NCBI GenBank assembly: GCA_965140785.1
Contig: OZ223521.1
Coordinates: 64,001 to 128,000 of the forward strand
Direction: 5' to 3'
DNA length: 64,000 bases
Origin: an uncultured Ruficoccus sp.
GTDB lineage: Bacteria; Verrucomicrobiota; Verrucomicrobiia; Opitutales; Cerasicoccaceae
Part shown: positions 1 through 9,787 of the stretch, in pieces
How positions within the stretch are numbered: position 1 is the first letter of the stretch
Layout of the letters: every line of letters starts with the position of its first letter
Translations under genes and position numbers: made by a program
The notes under the pieces: model-generated
Told to the model about the DNA's origin: nothing
Database searches by the model: none
Seen by the model: only the letters and a program-made list of their open reading frames with translations

Positions 1-690
1 GTTGGAGCCGGAGACGCTGACCAGCGGCGCGGCCACATAGTCGGTGGTGTCGGTGACGGAGTTTTCCCCGACCAGTAGTGCCTGGTCGTCGCCACTGCCG
101 GGCAGGACGCTGGCCTGCGCGAGATTGACAGCGCTTGAGGGCGTGAACGACCAGCCGCCGGGCGCGTTGACGATGTGCCCGTCGTCGTCCACATCCGCCG
201 CCGGGTCAAAGGTGGTGCCCTCGTTCCCGCTGACGAGCCAGTTCAGCAGGACGGCTTGCGAGCCCTTGCCGTTGGAGTTGCCGGTGATGGCGGTGGCGAG
301 GGAGGACGGCGTCTGCCCGTAATCAATGGGCGCTGCGTTGCCATAGACGCCGAGCCAATGGCCGTTGGCGGTCGTGGTGTCGGCGAGGGTTTCGTCCATG
401 TTGGCCAGGGCGGTCACGCGCTGGTCCGGCCCGGCGTACTTCTGGAGCTGGCCGAGGGCGATGTTCAGGCCCGTGAGGGCGTTTTGCTGGGCCTGGAGCA
501 TGCGCTGGTTCGAGGTCGAGGCCTGAGTCTCGATCTGGGTCATGGCTGCGAGTGAATACAGTAACAGCACGATGAAGCCCATCAGCACGAGGGACATGAT
601 GAGAGCGAAGCCCTGGCGGGCCTGTGGGGTGCCCGCCAAGGCATGGGCGCGCTTACTGGCGCCCGTCTGTCTGTGGGAAAAGTTTTTCAT
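1..690 (-). CDS. Verru_Chthon cassette protein A-like / PilX-like large prepilin-type protein, copy 1 (runs off the window edge; N-terminal 230 aa visible)
   Basis: Not in the ORF track. Manual translation from ATG 690: MKNFSHRQ...ARQG|FALIMSLVLMGFIVLLLYSLAAMTQIET...NIALGQLQKYAGPDQRVTA...HWLGVYGN...WLVSGNE...DYVAAPLV. Colinear with the N-terminus of 11878..15369. Confidence 0.85.
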   Translation of the reverse strand, partial: MKNFSHRQTGASKRAHALAGTPQARQGFALIMSLVLMGFIVLLLYSLAAMTQIETQASTSNQRMLQAQQNALTGLNIALGQLQKYAGPDQRVTALANMDETLADTTTANGHWLGVYGNAAPIDYGQTPSSLATAITGNSNGKGSQAVLLNWLVSGNEGTTFDPAADVDDDGHIVNAPGGWSFTPSSAVNLAQASVLPGSGDDQALLVGENSVTDTTDYVAAPLVSVSGSN

Positions 691-2015
691 GGGGTAAGGT
701 CTGCCAAGGGTCGTTTGGGCCGTTGAGAAAGGCGACCGCGTCGATAAAGACACCGGCGGTCCAGCCCATCATGGCCGGCGGTTCGGCCTCAATGCTGGTT
801 TGCGCGGTGCCGTCTATGAAATTCTCGGGATTGATCAGGTAGCCCGCCTCAGCGGTGGTACGATGGGAGCCGTCGAGCGCGTTGTACTTCTCCCAGAGGT
901 CGCCGGTTTGGGCGTAGGTGCGGCAGACGCTGTTGACATATTTATCGGCGATCCGGCGGGCTTCTTTAAGGTAGCCGTAGCGCTCAAGTCCGCGGTAAAC
1001 GAGGTGCTGGATGCCGGGCCAGGCGTTCGTATGATCCCACTGGAAGGGGCTGGGCGGCTCGCTCGGGGCGACCGCGGAGACGCCCCGTCATATTCCAACA
1101 GCGGCAGGACATGGGCAACGACCCCGGCGGCCTGCTCTTCGCTGGCCAGTCCGGTCCACAGCGGCTGGAAAGCCGCGGCGGTGATCGCCGGGCTGTGGCG
1201 CTGGTGGAGGGTGTCGTAGTCGCAAAACACCGAGCGCTCCGCGTCCCAGCAAAAGGTGTTGATCCACTCGCGGCGGCGTTGCGCGCGGGCCAGCCAGCGG
1301 TCGCTCTCTGTGCCGTCGGTCCAGCGGGCCAGCAGGATTTCGTAGAGCCAGAGGTTGCTGTTGAGGTCCACCGGGCAAAAGTCCGGGCAGCGGCGGTCGT
1401 AGCGCGAAGTCAGGTCCCAGCCGGATTCGCATTCGGCCATGGTCCGCCCGGCCAGGTCGAGGTGGTCCTCGGGGCGGGCGTCGGGCTGGCCGAGCCGGTG
1501 CCGCACGGTCGGGAAAAACTGCATAAGCTCTTCGGCGGTGGCGTGGTGGCCATAGCGGGACAGGCCCGTCGGCGTCAGGCGGCGCGTCGTCCAAAACTCG
1601 TATTCCTGCGTTAGTAGCGGGACGGCATTCTGGCGAAGGGCTTTGTCTCCGAGCGCATGGTCGAGCAGCCCGACCATGGGGGCCAGGTAGGGCGGCTGCG
1701 AGCGGCACAGGTAGTAGGTGCGGTTGCCGTTGGGGACGAAGCCGTAGCGCTCGACCTGAGCCAGCAGGTTGCGCACATTACCCAGGCGAGCTTGTCCTCG
1801 CCGGTGCCTAGCAGTCCGAGCAACGTAAAATACGTGTCCCAGTAGTACAGCTCCTGAAACGCGCCCTTACGGCAGGGCACGGTGTAGGGGTGGGGCAGGG
1901 CGAGCAGGGTGCCGGCATCCCGTGGGCACGTGCGGACAGTCTCCTGCCAGTGTCCAGCGATGAAGCGCTGGATCGTGCCGACGAGTTCGGTGTCCGGTTG
2001 CGGGGCGGCGTTCAC
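653..2015 (-). CDS. Trehalase-like glycoside hydrolase (GH37 family), split by two single-base frameshifts
   Basis: Family motifs occur in order across three frames: FQELYYWDTYF; YGFVPNGNRTYYLCRSQPPYL; AECESGWDLTSR; PVDLNS; QWDHTNAWP; LWEKYN; MGWTAGV. Adding one base to the C runs at 1781-1783 and 1083-1086 restores a single ORF ending at TAA 653-655. Confidence 0.85.
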
Positions 2016-2022
2016 GGGAAAT

Positions 2023-3455
2023 TCAGGGGGCAGGCGTCGGGCGGACGCACACGTTGTTGATAAATAAGTGCCGTTTCGTAGTGGGCTTGCTGGAGCCGAA
2101 GCTCACGCGGTCCACAAAGGGGACCTTGTTCAGCAGGGCTGCGTCGGTCAGGACCGGGGTGCCGTCGAGGGAAACGTCGGCCTGGTTTTGGGCCGGGTTG
2201 ACGGCGATTTCGATCCGGTGCCATTGGTTGGCAGCGGGGGCGGCCAGCACGGTTTCGCTGCCGTCGGCATGGCGATAGACGAGGTTGCCTTCGCCGTCGC
2301 TGAGGATGCTGACCGCCGGGGTGGTGCCATGGAGAAGCTCCATCCGATGGCCGGGGGTGGCCCCGGTCTCCATAAAATCCCAGCTCGCCGTGAACGGTTC
2401 GCTCTGCGGGACGAAGGTTTTCCACGCCCCGGTGGAGCCGGAGGGGTTGTCGTCCCAGAAGCGGATGCTCTTGTCCGTCGCGCCGGGGTTCTCGCGCACA
2501 GAGACGCTGCTGTTGGCGTCGGCCCGGCTTTCCCAGCCGGCGGGCTTGGGGCCGGTCGGCATGTCGTCAAAGGTTTCGCACAGGACCGTTTGCGCGGGGG
2601 CGGGGGAGAACTCGGGGCTGCCGTAGTGCCCGGGCTTGACGCGGTCAAAGCCGTCCGCGGGATTACCGATCTGATAGGCGATTTCGTCGTAAAAGATTTC
2701 GCGGCTTTCGCCCGGGGTGTACTTCCAGTGTTCCCAGCAGTAGGGACCCCCACTTGATGTAGCCGCCGACGGCCATCTGCTCGTCGCTGACCCAGCCGCC
2801 GTTGCCGAGGTTGATGTCGGTGTACTCGGCGGTCGGCTCCTCCTGCGGTGCGCCGTCGTACCAGGCGCGCAGGATGCCGGTGTGGTTGCGAGAGAACTTG
2901 CAGTAGAGGATGACGTCGTGCCAGGTGCCCTTGACCAGCTTGGGCGAAAGCGTTGTGTACACCGTGACTTCCTTGCCGCCGTCGCCGACGCCATAGGCGC
3001 CCTCCAGGATTACCGCGCCCGCGTGGTCCACGCCAACGGTGATGGTGATGTTCGTTTTAGGCAGGCTGTGGTCCCAGCAGATGATCTGGCCGAGCACCAT
3101 GCTCTTGTCCGGCACCGGGAAACTTTCCGGCGCGTAAAAGCTGAAGCCGTACCAGCCTTCGCCGGTGATGCGTTCGAGCTGAGTGGAGTTGCCCTCCACG
3201 CTGCGTCCGGAACGCCGGTCGTTGTAATTTTCCTCGTGCCAGACAATCCGGAAGAACCTTTTCGCCGGAGCGGGCGGGGAAGTCCGTCGGGGTGACGATC
3301 TCGGCCGTGTTGCCCGGAATCTTCTCCACCGTGAAGGGTGAGATGCTCCCGTCCTCAAAGTTTTCCGCGTGTGTTTGCGCGTACAGCGAACCGGCGGCGG
3401 GCAAGGCCGCGAGCAGGCCGATGAGTACGAAGGGATGGAGGCAATACTTAGTCAT
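2023..3455 (-). CDS. Secreted polysaccharide lyase-like protein (heparin lyase I / Polysacc_lyase jelly-roll) with a C-terminal lectin-like beta-sandwich; two frameshifts
   Basis: Signal peptide MTKYCLHPFVLIGLLAALPAAGSLYA. Motifs WYGFSFYAP, GTWHDVILYCKFS...GILRAWYDG and YIKWGPY...IFYDEI are spread over ORFs 3057..3458, 2663..3358 and 2023..2994. Frameshifts near 3250 and at the C run 2747-2751. Confidence 0.7.
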
Positions 3456-3519
3456 CAAAAGGGGGCGGGATTACGCCTATCAATAGGCACCAATGTCAGG
3501 GAAAAGACAAGTGGGCCTA

Positions 3520-3534
3520 TGCTCACACTGTTGA
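3520..3534. promoter_or_regulatory. Putative operator TGCTCACACTGTTGA upstream of the lyase/trehalase/PilX-like operon
   Basis: Exact 15-bp reverse complement of 3734..3748, within the divergent intergenic region. Confidence 0.6.
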
Positions 3535-3733
3535 TCCCCGGCTGGCCCTCGAATGGCTGATACGGACAAGATCGTCGGGCCTGCCCTTTTATTCTGTTAA
3601 ATCTCGGCTGAGCCCGTTCGGCGTCGCGCCCGGCGGCTACCGTGCAGGCATGGGAGACGGAACGCAGGCGGGAAGGGCAAGCCCAGCGATTCGAAGTCCG
3701 ACCGGCCTCGGCTGCTTGGACACCACCCTTGTG

Positions 3734-3748
3734 TCAACAGTGTGAGCA
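3734..3748. promoter_or_regulatory. Putative operator TCAACAGTGTGAGCA upstream of the TPR-ExbBD operon
   Basis: Exact reverse complement of 3520..3534. Resembles the near-palindromes at 21444 and 22612. Confidence 0.6.
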
Positions 3749-3894
3749 CGTGGCGGCTGGTTCTTTCGCCCAAGCGGGCGGATAATGTCGCCATTCGAAC
3801 AACCGTTCCCGCGACAAGACGGCCCCGTGCTTTTCGCGGTCCATGACCCCCACTTGTTTTATTGAACGTCACGCTTGTCAACCCTCACGGATCG

Positions 3895-6800
3895 ATGAAT
3901 CCCACCCGCAGCCACCCCCTCCCCCTCGCGCCGGGCCGCGTCTTACGGACACTGCTGCTGGCCGCCCTGCTCCTGCTGGCGGGCGGGCAAGCCGTGCGGG
4001 CGCAGGACAGTACGGATACCGTCGAGCGCATGCGCCGCGTGACCGAGTTGGTCGAGGCCAACAAGCTGGTGGAGGCCCGTCCTGACCTGCTCGTGCTGGT
4101 CAAGCAGGCCACGGATAAAGACCGTCCGAAGATGGTCTTCACCATCGCTCTTTCTTACGTGTACGAGTACTTTCAGGGCAGTGACGAGGCAGTCCTGAGC
4201 GAGGCCAAGGCGCAGTTCGAAAAATACCTGGCCGACTACCCGGACGACGAGTTGGTGCCCCTGGCCAAGTATAACCTGGCCGATATCTACGCGGCCGGGG
4301 GGGATTACGCCGGTGCCCTCAGCCTCTACCTCCCGCTTTACGACCATCCGCCCCAGCGGGTGGACCGGATGGAGATTTTACGCAAGATCACCCGTGTCTA
4401 TGTCGCGCAAAAGGACTGGGTGGGCGGCATGCCGTATTTCCGCGATACCATGCGGTTCAGTGCTGATGCGACCGAGCGGACCACGGCGGCGGCCTATCTG
4501 CTGATCGGGCAGGCCAAACAGGGAGACATTGGCAACGCCCGCGGCCTGCTGGAGTTTTTTAAGACGCCCGCGCCGGTCTTCTACACCTCGCGCTTCAATG
4601 CCGCCCTGATGGAGATCGGCGACCAGCTCTACGACGAGGGCCAGTTTGCCACCGCCGGACTCTTTTACCAGTTGGTCCGCTCCTACGAAACGCTGGAGGA
4701 GGGCTTGAGCCACTACATCGGGCAACTGGAGGCCCGGGCCGAGCGCCTCAAGGGCAGCATCGAGTACCGCAGCGAGTACATCGAGACCCGGGCCATGCTC
4801 GAAACCGCCCGGCTGGAGCTGGAGGCTCTGCGCAACTCGACCAACTACACCCCGCTGCTGAACTGGCGCATCGCCCGGCTCTACCTGAAACTGAACCGCG
4901 ACTGGGAGGCATACTGGCGCTTCCGCATCCTCGCGGACAAGTACCCCGACCATCCCCAGCACGAGAGCATCCTCTACGCTGCCTTTACCCTGGCCCGAAA
5001 GCTCGGTGAAAACGCAAGCGCGGCGGACTTGGCCCGGCAGTACTTTAAAAACAAGAGCTATCGGCAATTCCGGGGACCGGTGGTCAATGGCCTGGGCGAC
5101 ATCTACCGCGAGCAGGCGCAGTGGGACCTGTTCTTTGCGTTGACCGGCCAGTACCTCGCCGACAGCAACGTGGACCGCACGGCGGAGCAGCTCGTTTTCA
5201 AGCACGGCATCGCCCGGCTGGGGCGCTTGGAGAACCGCCAACTCATCCGCGACTTTGAGGCGCTGTCGGCTCAGTACGGCCAGAGTGCGCTGGCCGACGA
5301 GCTGCACTATTTCCTCGGGCTGGCCAGCTTGCTGGAGCAGGATTACGACCGCTCCATCGCGGAGTTCGAGGCGGTCATCGCCGACCCGAACTCCCCCTAC
5401 GGCAAGGATGCTTCCTTCCGCAAGGCCCTCGCGGTCATGGGGCAGGACCGTATGGAGGAGGCCCGCACCCTGCTCCGGGCCTTTGTTAAAAACTACCCCG
5501 ACAACCCGCTTCGCGCCGAGGCCGAGATCGCCCTCGGCGACATCGAAAACATGTTCGGTAACGCCGGGGGTGCGATCGTCCACTACCAGACCGCGAGCGA
5601 GCACACGGAGAACGTCGCCCTGCTGGCCAAGGTAGCGGAAAAGATCGCCAATATCCGCTGGCAACAGGGAGAAACCCAGGCGGCCATCGAGCACCTGGAG
5701 CGCTTTACCGCCGAGTATGCCGACTCCCCCGAGGTCATTCCCGCTGTGGCCGCGCTGGCGGCGTTTTATGAGGACTCCGGGGAGCCGCGCCAGGCGCTCG
5801 CCTGTATCCGCGCCACGGTCGAGCGCTTCGCCGATGAGCTTGGCATCCCCGCCCTGGGTGCGCTCCTGGCCAAGTACCTCGAACTCGATACGGAAATCCG
5901 CGTCATCAGCGAGCGCACCCGTGTCTCCTTGACGGAGTTGCGCGGTGACCCCGAACGGCTCGAAACGCTGATCAAGGACCGCGCTGCGCAGTACCGCTAT
6001 TTTAAGGAAAACCCGGCCATCGACCCTGTGGTGAAAACCAGCTTCGTGCAGGACAAGGCGTTCCGCAAGCAGGTGCTGGAGTCCCCGCTCGCGCTGGAGG
6101 AGCTGGCTGCCCGCATTCGCGAGCTGGACGCGCTCATTCCGCTCGAGACCGCCGTCGATGAGCTTCAGGCCTGGCTGGACGCGGCGACAGCCGACGGGAA
6201 CACCGTGCTCGCCGTGCGCTTCGAAGCCGCGCTGGCGCAACATGAGGACCCGCCCGCGATACCGTCGCCGGAGCGGATCGCCCTCCTCGATGATCCCGCA
6301 ATCTGGGCCGATCTCGACCCGCAGGCCAAGCTCTGGGTCCTCCGCGAGATCGCACGCGACACCCCCGAGCGCAGCGTGGCGGCGCTGGAGCTGATGCTGC
6401 CCGAGTATGCCAACACGGATGCCGAGCTGGACATTCACCTCCTGTTGGCGGATGTCTATGAGCGGCTCGGAGACCCGGAGAAGGCGCTCGAGCGTTATCA
6501 CTCGGTTGTCCAGCGCTTCTCCGGCAAGGACGTGGCCGGGACGTGCGCGTTGAAGGAGGGGCAGCTGCTCTTTGACCTGGATCGGTACGACGAAGCACGC
6601 CAAGTGCTCGAAGGCATTCTCGCGCGCTCCGAGTGGCGCGGCGAAAAACACGCGCAAGCTCTCTTGCTGCTGGGCGAGATTTACACCGCCCAAGGGCAGT
6701 ACGCCGAGGCGCACGGCTTTTACGAGCGCATCATCCTCGGCTACCCCTCCTTTTCGGAGGAGCTCGCCCTCGCGTTTTACAAGGACATCAAAGTCCTGGA

Positions 6801-6912
6801 GCTTTTAAACGAGACCGAAAGCGTCCGTACCGTGTACGAGGCCTTTCAGCAAACCCCCGGCCTGGAGGACACCCGCGGGGCCCGGATGATTCGCTCGGAG
6901 ATACAGCTATGA
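3895..6912 (+). CDS. Large exported tetratricopeptide repeat (TPR) protein
   Basis: ~1000-aa ORF with a signal peptide (LLLAALLLLAGGQAVRA|Q) and repeated helical TPR/BamD-like motifs (FEKYLADYPDD, FVKNYPDNPLRAEAEIALG, YERIILGYP). ATG 3895 preferred over TTG 3862. Confidence 0.85.
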   Translation: MNPTRSHPLPLAPGRVLRTLLLAALLLLAGGQAVRAQDSTDTVERMRRVTELVEANKLVEARPDLLVLVKQATDKDRPKMVFTIALSYVYEYFQGSDEAVLSEAKAQFEKYLADYPDDELVPLAKYNLADIYAAGGDYAGALSLYLPLYDHPPQRVDRMEILRKITRVYVAQKDWVGGMPYFRDTMRFSADATERTTAAAYLLIGQAKQGDIGNARGLLEFFKTPAPVFYTSRFNAALMEIGDQLYDEGQFATAGLFYQLVRSYETLEEGLSHYIGQLEARAERLKGSIEYRSEYIETRAMLETARLELEALRNSTNYTPLLNWRIARLYLKLNRDWEAYWRFRILADKYPDHPQHESILYAAFTLARKLGENASAADLARQYFKNKSYRQFRGPVVNGLGDIYREQAQWDLFFALTGQYLADSNVDRTAEQLVFKHGIARLGRLENRQLIRDFEALSAQYGQSALADELHYFLGLASLLEQDYDRSIAEFEAVIADPNSPYGKDASFRKALAVMGQDRMEEARTLLRAFVKNYPDNPLRAEAEIALGDIENMFGNAGGAIVHYQTASEHTENVALLAKVAEKIANIRWQQGETQAAIEHLERFTAEYADSPEVIPAVAALAAFYEDSGEPRQALACIRATVERFADELGIPALGALLAKYLELDTEIRVISERTRVSLTELRGDPERLETLIKDRAAQYRYFKENPAIDPVVKTSFVQDKAFRKQVLESPLALEELAARIRELDALIPLETAVDELQAWLDAATADGNTVLAVRFEAALAQHEDPPAIPSPERIALLDDPAIWADLDPQAKLWVLREIARDTPERSVAALELMLPEYANTDAELDIHLLLADVYERLGDPEKALERYHSVVQRFSGKDVAGTCALKEGQLLFDLDRYDEARQVLEGILARSEWRGEKHAQALLLLGEIYTAQGQYAEAHGFYERIILGYPSFSEELALAFYKDIKVLELLNETESVRTVYEAFQQTPGLEDTRGARMIRSEIQL

Positions 6913-8051
6913 ATGTGTGTATCCAAAATATCATGACAATTGGGCCCCGCGTTCTTGCCCGCTGGCGTGGCCTACTCGCTTGCCTTGCGCTTTCAGGACT
7001 GGTGCAGACTCCGTGTGGAGCGGGGCCGCTGGCGCCCGGCGTGACTTTGGCCGGCTCATTCCCGAGCGCGACCGGCGCCGAGCCTGTGCGGATGAAGGTG
7101 TACAATCAGGGCGCGTGGAAGGACTACAATATTCGCGCCTCGGAGGAGGGGATGGAAATCCTCATCGACGGTAACAGCGACGTGGCGATTTTTTACCCCT
7201 GGGAGGGGTTGGTCAGCATGCAGTTGAACTATGACCTGAGCGAGGAGCTGAGCGCCGCCCTCGCCACCACCGACCCGGACGCAAAGGCCCGCGCGCTGGC
7301 GCCGCTGGTCGAGCCGCTGTTCCCCTTCGCCCGGCTCCCCGAGACATCGACCAATGTTCACCACTACATCGAGGTTTACCTGGAGTCGCTGCTGGCCAGC
7401 GGTGAGATCGGCCCGGCCTTCACGGCGACCCGGACACTGCCGCTCAAGCAGCTCCCCCCGTTCGTCGCCACAAAGCTCTACGACCTGGTAGAGGCACTCT
7501 TTGCCGCCGGGGAGGAAGACAAAGCGCTCGACCTGTTGGCCCGCCTGCGCGCCAACCGCCCGGCGGAGGAATTCGCCGCCACTTCGCTGCGCCTGGCCAA
7601 GCAACTGGCCGACAAACGTCATTTCTCCGCGTCGCTGGGGCTCTACCGCACGCTCCTGCCGGTCGCTCCGCAGAGCGAACGCAAGGAGATCGCCCTGCGT
7701 TGTGCCTACCTCGCTCTGGAGGTGAACGACCTGTCCGCCTACGAGCTTTTCCGCGAGCTGGCACAGGAATTTCCCGGCGAGGACGAGGCGCTGGAGAGTG
7801 TCGCCGCTATCGTGGACGGCGTCCACGCCTATCAGGAGGAAGACACTCGCTCTGCGCTCAACGCGCTCGGCCACGGGCTGGCGACGATCCCGGCGGACAG
7901 CTCGTGGCGCGAGATTGCCTTTTACTACAACTGCCTCGCCTACCGCCAGCGGGGCGACGACGCCATTGCCGAGAGTATTCTTGAGGAGATGCCGCTGCTT
8001 TTCCCTGACGGGACCTACGTGGCTCACCTTCTCGACACGTCCACCCCCTGA
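6909..8051 (+). CDS. Exported alpha-helical (TPR-like) protein
   Basis: ATG 6909 overlaps the upstream stop (ATGA) and is in frame with ORF 6633..8051. Hydrophobic N-terminus; helical repeats ending EEMPLLFPDG. Confidence 0.7.
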   Translation: MNVCIQNIMTIGPRVLARWRGLLACLALSGLVQTPCGAGPLAPGVTLAGSFPSATGAEPVRMKVYNQGAWKDYNIRASEEGMEILIDGNSDVAIFYPWEGLVSMQLNYDLSEELSAALATTDPDAKARALAPLVEPLFPFARLPETSTNVHHYIEVYLESLLASGEIGPAFTATRTLPLKQLPPFVATKLYDLVEALFAAGEEDKALDLLARLRANRPAEEFAATSLRLAKQLADKRHFSASLGLYRTLLPVAPQSERKEIALRCAYLALEVNDLSAYELFRELAQEFPGEDEALESVAAIVDGVHAYQEEDTRSALNALGHGLATIPADSSWREIAFYYNCLAYRQRGDDAIAESILEEMPLLFPDGTYVAHLLDTSTP

Positions 8052-8102
8052 GCGGGCCGGATCCCTCAAAAAACAAACCCCATTACCCAACCACCGTCAG
8101 TT

Positions 8103-8870
8103 ATGAAAACATCATCCAACCCTATACCGTCCCTGCGCAAGCTCCTGTGGCTATGCCTGTTCGGCCTGGCCGCCAGTTGTGCCCTCGGGCAGACCGAGGC
8201 CCCCGCCGCCGAGGAGCCCGTCGTCGAAACGAGTGAAACCAGCTTCCTGCACATGATCGCGGCGGGCGGCTGGGCCATGTACCCGCTGGGCTTCCTCTCC
8301 GTGGCCGGTTTCGGCCTCGTGTGCTATAACTTCATGGCCCTGCGTAAAAAGGACTTCTTCGACGAGGCGTCGGCGGAGCGGCTGCGCGGGCACCTGAGCA
8401 CGGTCGATATCGATGCGGCGAAGGAAGACTGCGCCACCAACCCGAATCCGCTCATGCGCATCGTCAGCCACGGGCTCGACTCCATCCGCGGCGGCACCAT
8501 CGACCTGGAGCTCTTCCGCCAGCGGCTTGAGGCGGGCTCCAGCAAGGAGCTGGCCCAGCCCTTCGTGATCATCAACTACCTTTCGATCATCGCGTCGATT
8601 TCGCCCATGCTCGGCCTGCTCGGCACCGTCTCGGGGATGGTCAAGGCCTTTAACGCCATCGCCACCGTCGGCATGGGTCAGCCGGACCTGCTCGCCGGTA
8701 ACATCTCCGAGGCGCTGATCACGACCGCGACCGGGATGCTCATCGGGATCCCGACCATGTTCTTCTTCTTTTACTTCAAAAACCGCTACGGGAAGATCGT
8801 CGCGGACATGACGATGTACCTCGACGACATGTACGGCGAACTCGTCCACGGCACCCGCCAGATGTCCTGA
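8103..8870 (+). CDS. exbB: MotA/TolQ/ExbB proton channel family protein
   Basis: AGGWAMYPL; SIIASISPMLGLLGTVSGMVKAF; LAGNISEALITTATGMLIGIP. Confidence 0.93.
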   Translation: MKTSSNPIPSLRKLLWLCLFGLAASCALGQTEAPAAEEPVVETSETSFLHMIAAGGWAMYPLGFLSVAGFGLVCYNFMALRKKDFFDEASAERLRGHLSTVDIDAAKEDCATNPNPLMRIVSHGLDSIRGGTIDLELFRQRLEAGSSKELAQPFVIINYLSIIASISPMLGLLGTVSGMVKAFNAIATVGMGQPDLLAGNISEALITTATGMLIGIPTMFFFFYFKNRYGKIVADMTMYLDDMYGELVHGTRQMS

Positions 8871-8904
8871 GACGAACACCTGTAACCCTCACGCACGCGA
8901 GCTC

Positions 8905-9318
8905 ATGAGCATCCAAGGTTACAAACTCCCCGAGGACAGCGGAGGCTTCGACCTGACGCCGATGATCGACGTGGTGTTTCTGTTGATCGTGTTCTTCATG
9001 ACGGTGGCGAGCATGATTACGGAGAAAAAGGAGCTCAACCTCGCGGTGGCCGACGAGGCCGTCGTCCCCAAGGAAATCAGCGACCGCTTCATCTTCTCCA
9101 TCGACCCGGAGGGGAGCTTTTACGTGCAGAACCAGTTGATCGACGCGGACGAGGCGGCCCGCCGCCTGAAGCAGATCGCGGCCACACACCGGCACGCGAA
9201 ACTGGTCGTGCGCGTGGACCGCATGACCGAGCACCAGTATGTCAACCAGTTCCTGGGCATGTGCGCCGACAACGGCATCTCCGACATCATCTTCGCGACT
9301 TACCAGACCGACCTGTAG
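8905..9318 (+). CDS. exbD: ExbD/TolR family biopolymer transporter
   Basis: DLTPMIDVVFLLIVFFM signature with the conserved Asp. Confidence 0.92.
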   Translation: MSIQGYKLPEDSGGFDLTPMIDVVFLLIVFFMTVASMITEKKELNLAVADEAVVPKEISDRFIFSIDPEGSFYVQNQLIDADEAARRLKQIAATHRHAKLVVRVDRMTEHQYVNQFLGMCADNGISDIIFATYQTDL

Positions 9319-9327
9319 GGAGGCACC

Positions 9328-9762
9328 ATGAAGGCCAACGACATTTTTAACAGTATGGAAAAACCGGACCTGACGCCGATGATCGACGTCGTGTTCCTCC
9401 TGCTGGTCTTTTTCATGGTGACGACGCAGCTCGTCAAACAGGAAGCCGACTTGGGCATCCAGCTCCCCTCCAAGGCTGTTCCCAAGGCCGCACCGGAGCT
9501 GCCCTCCAAGCACATCATCGACATCATGCCAGATGGCTCCGTCATGATCAATGGCGGCCCCACCGGAGACGGCGTGACCGGCGAGTTGCCCGGCCTCACG
9601 CACATGCTGGCCGCCCTGAAGGCTTCCGCCGACCGCCTCGGCAAGAAAACCGTCGTCACCATCCAGGCCGACCCGTACTCGCCGCACTACCGCTCCGTCG
9701 ATGTGCTCAACGCCTGCGCTCACGCCCACCTCAGCTACGTTTCCTTCGGTCGGCTCGACTGA
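9328..9762 (+). CDS. exbD: ExbD/TolR family biopolymer transporter (second paralog)
   Basis: DLTPMIDVVFLLLVFFMV; TIQAD motif. Confidence 0.92.
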   Translation: MKANDIFNSMEKPDLTPMIDVVFLLLVFFMVTTQLVKQEADLGIQLPSKAVPKAAPELPSKHIIDIMPDGSVMINGGPTGDGVTGELPGLTHMLAALKASADRLGKKTVVTIQADPYSPHYRSVDVLNACAHAHLSYVSFGRLD

Positions 9763-9787
9763 CCCCGTCAACCCCCCCGCGCCAGCC

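Noticed and set aside
4378..6714. 778-aa minus-strand ORF, and many other long antisense ORFs in the track
   Set aside because: They shadow well-supported genes on the opposite strand in high-GC DNA and have no recognisable motifs.
6633..6908. N-terminal extension of ORF 6633..8051
   Set aside because: Overlaps the TPR gene; ATG 6909 gives an ATGA coupling.
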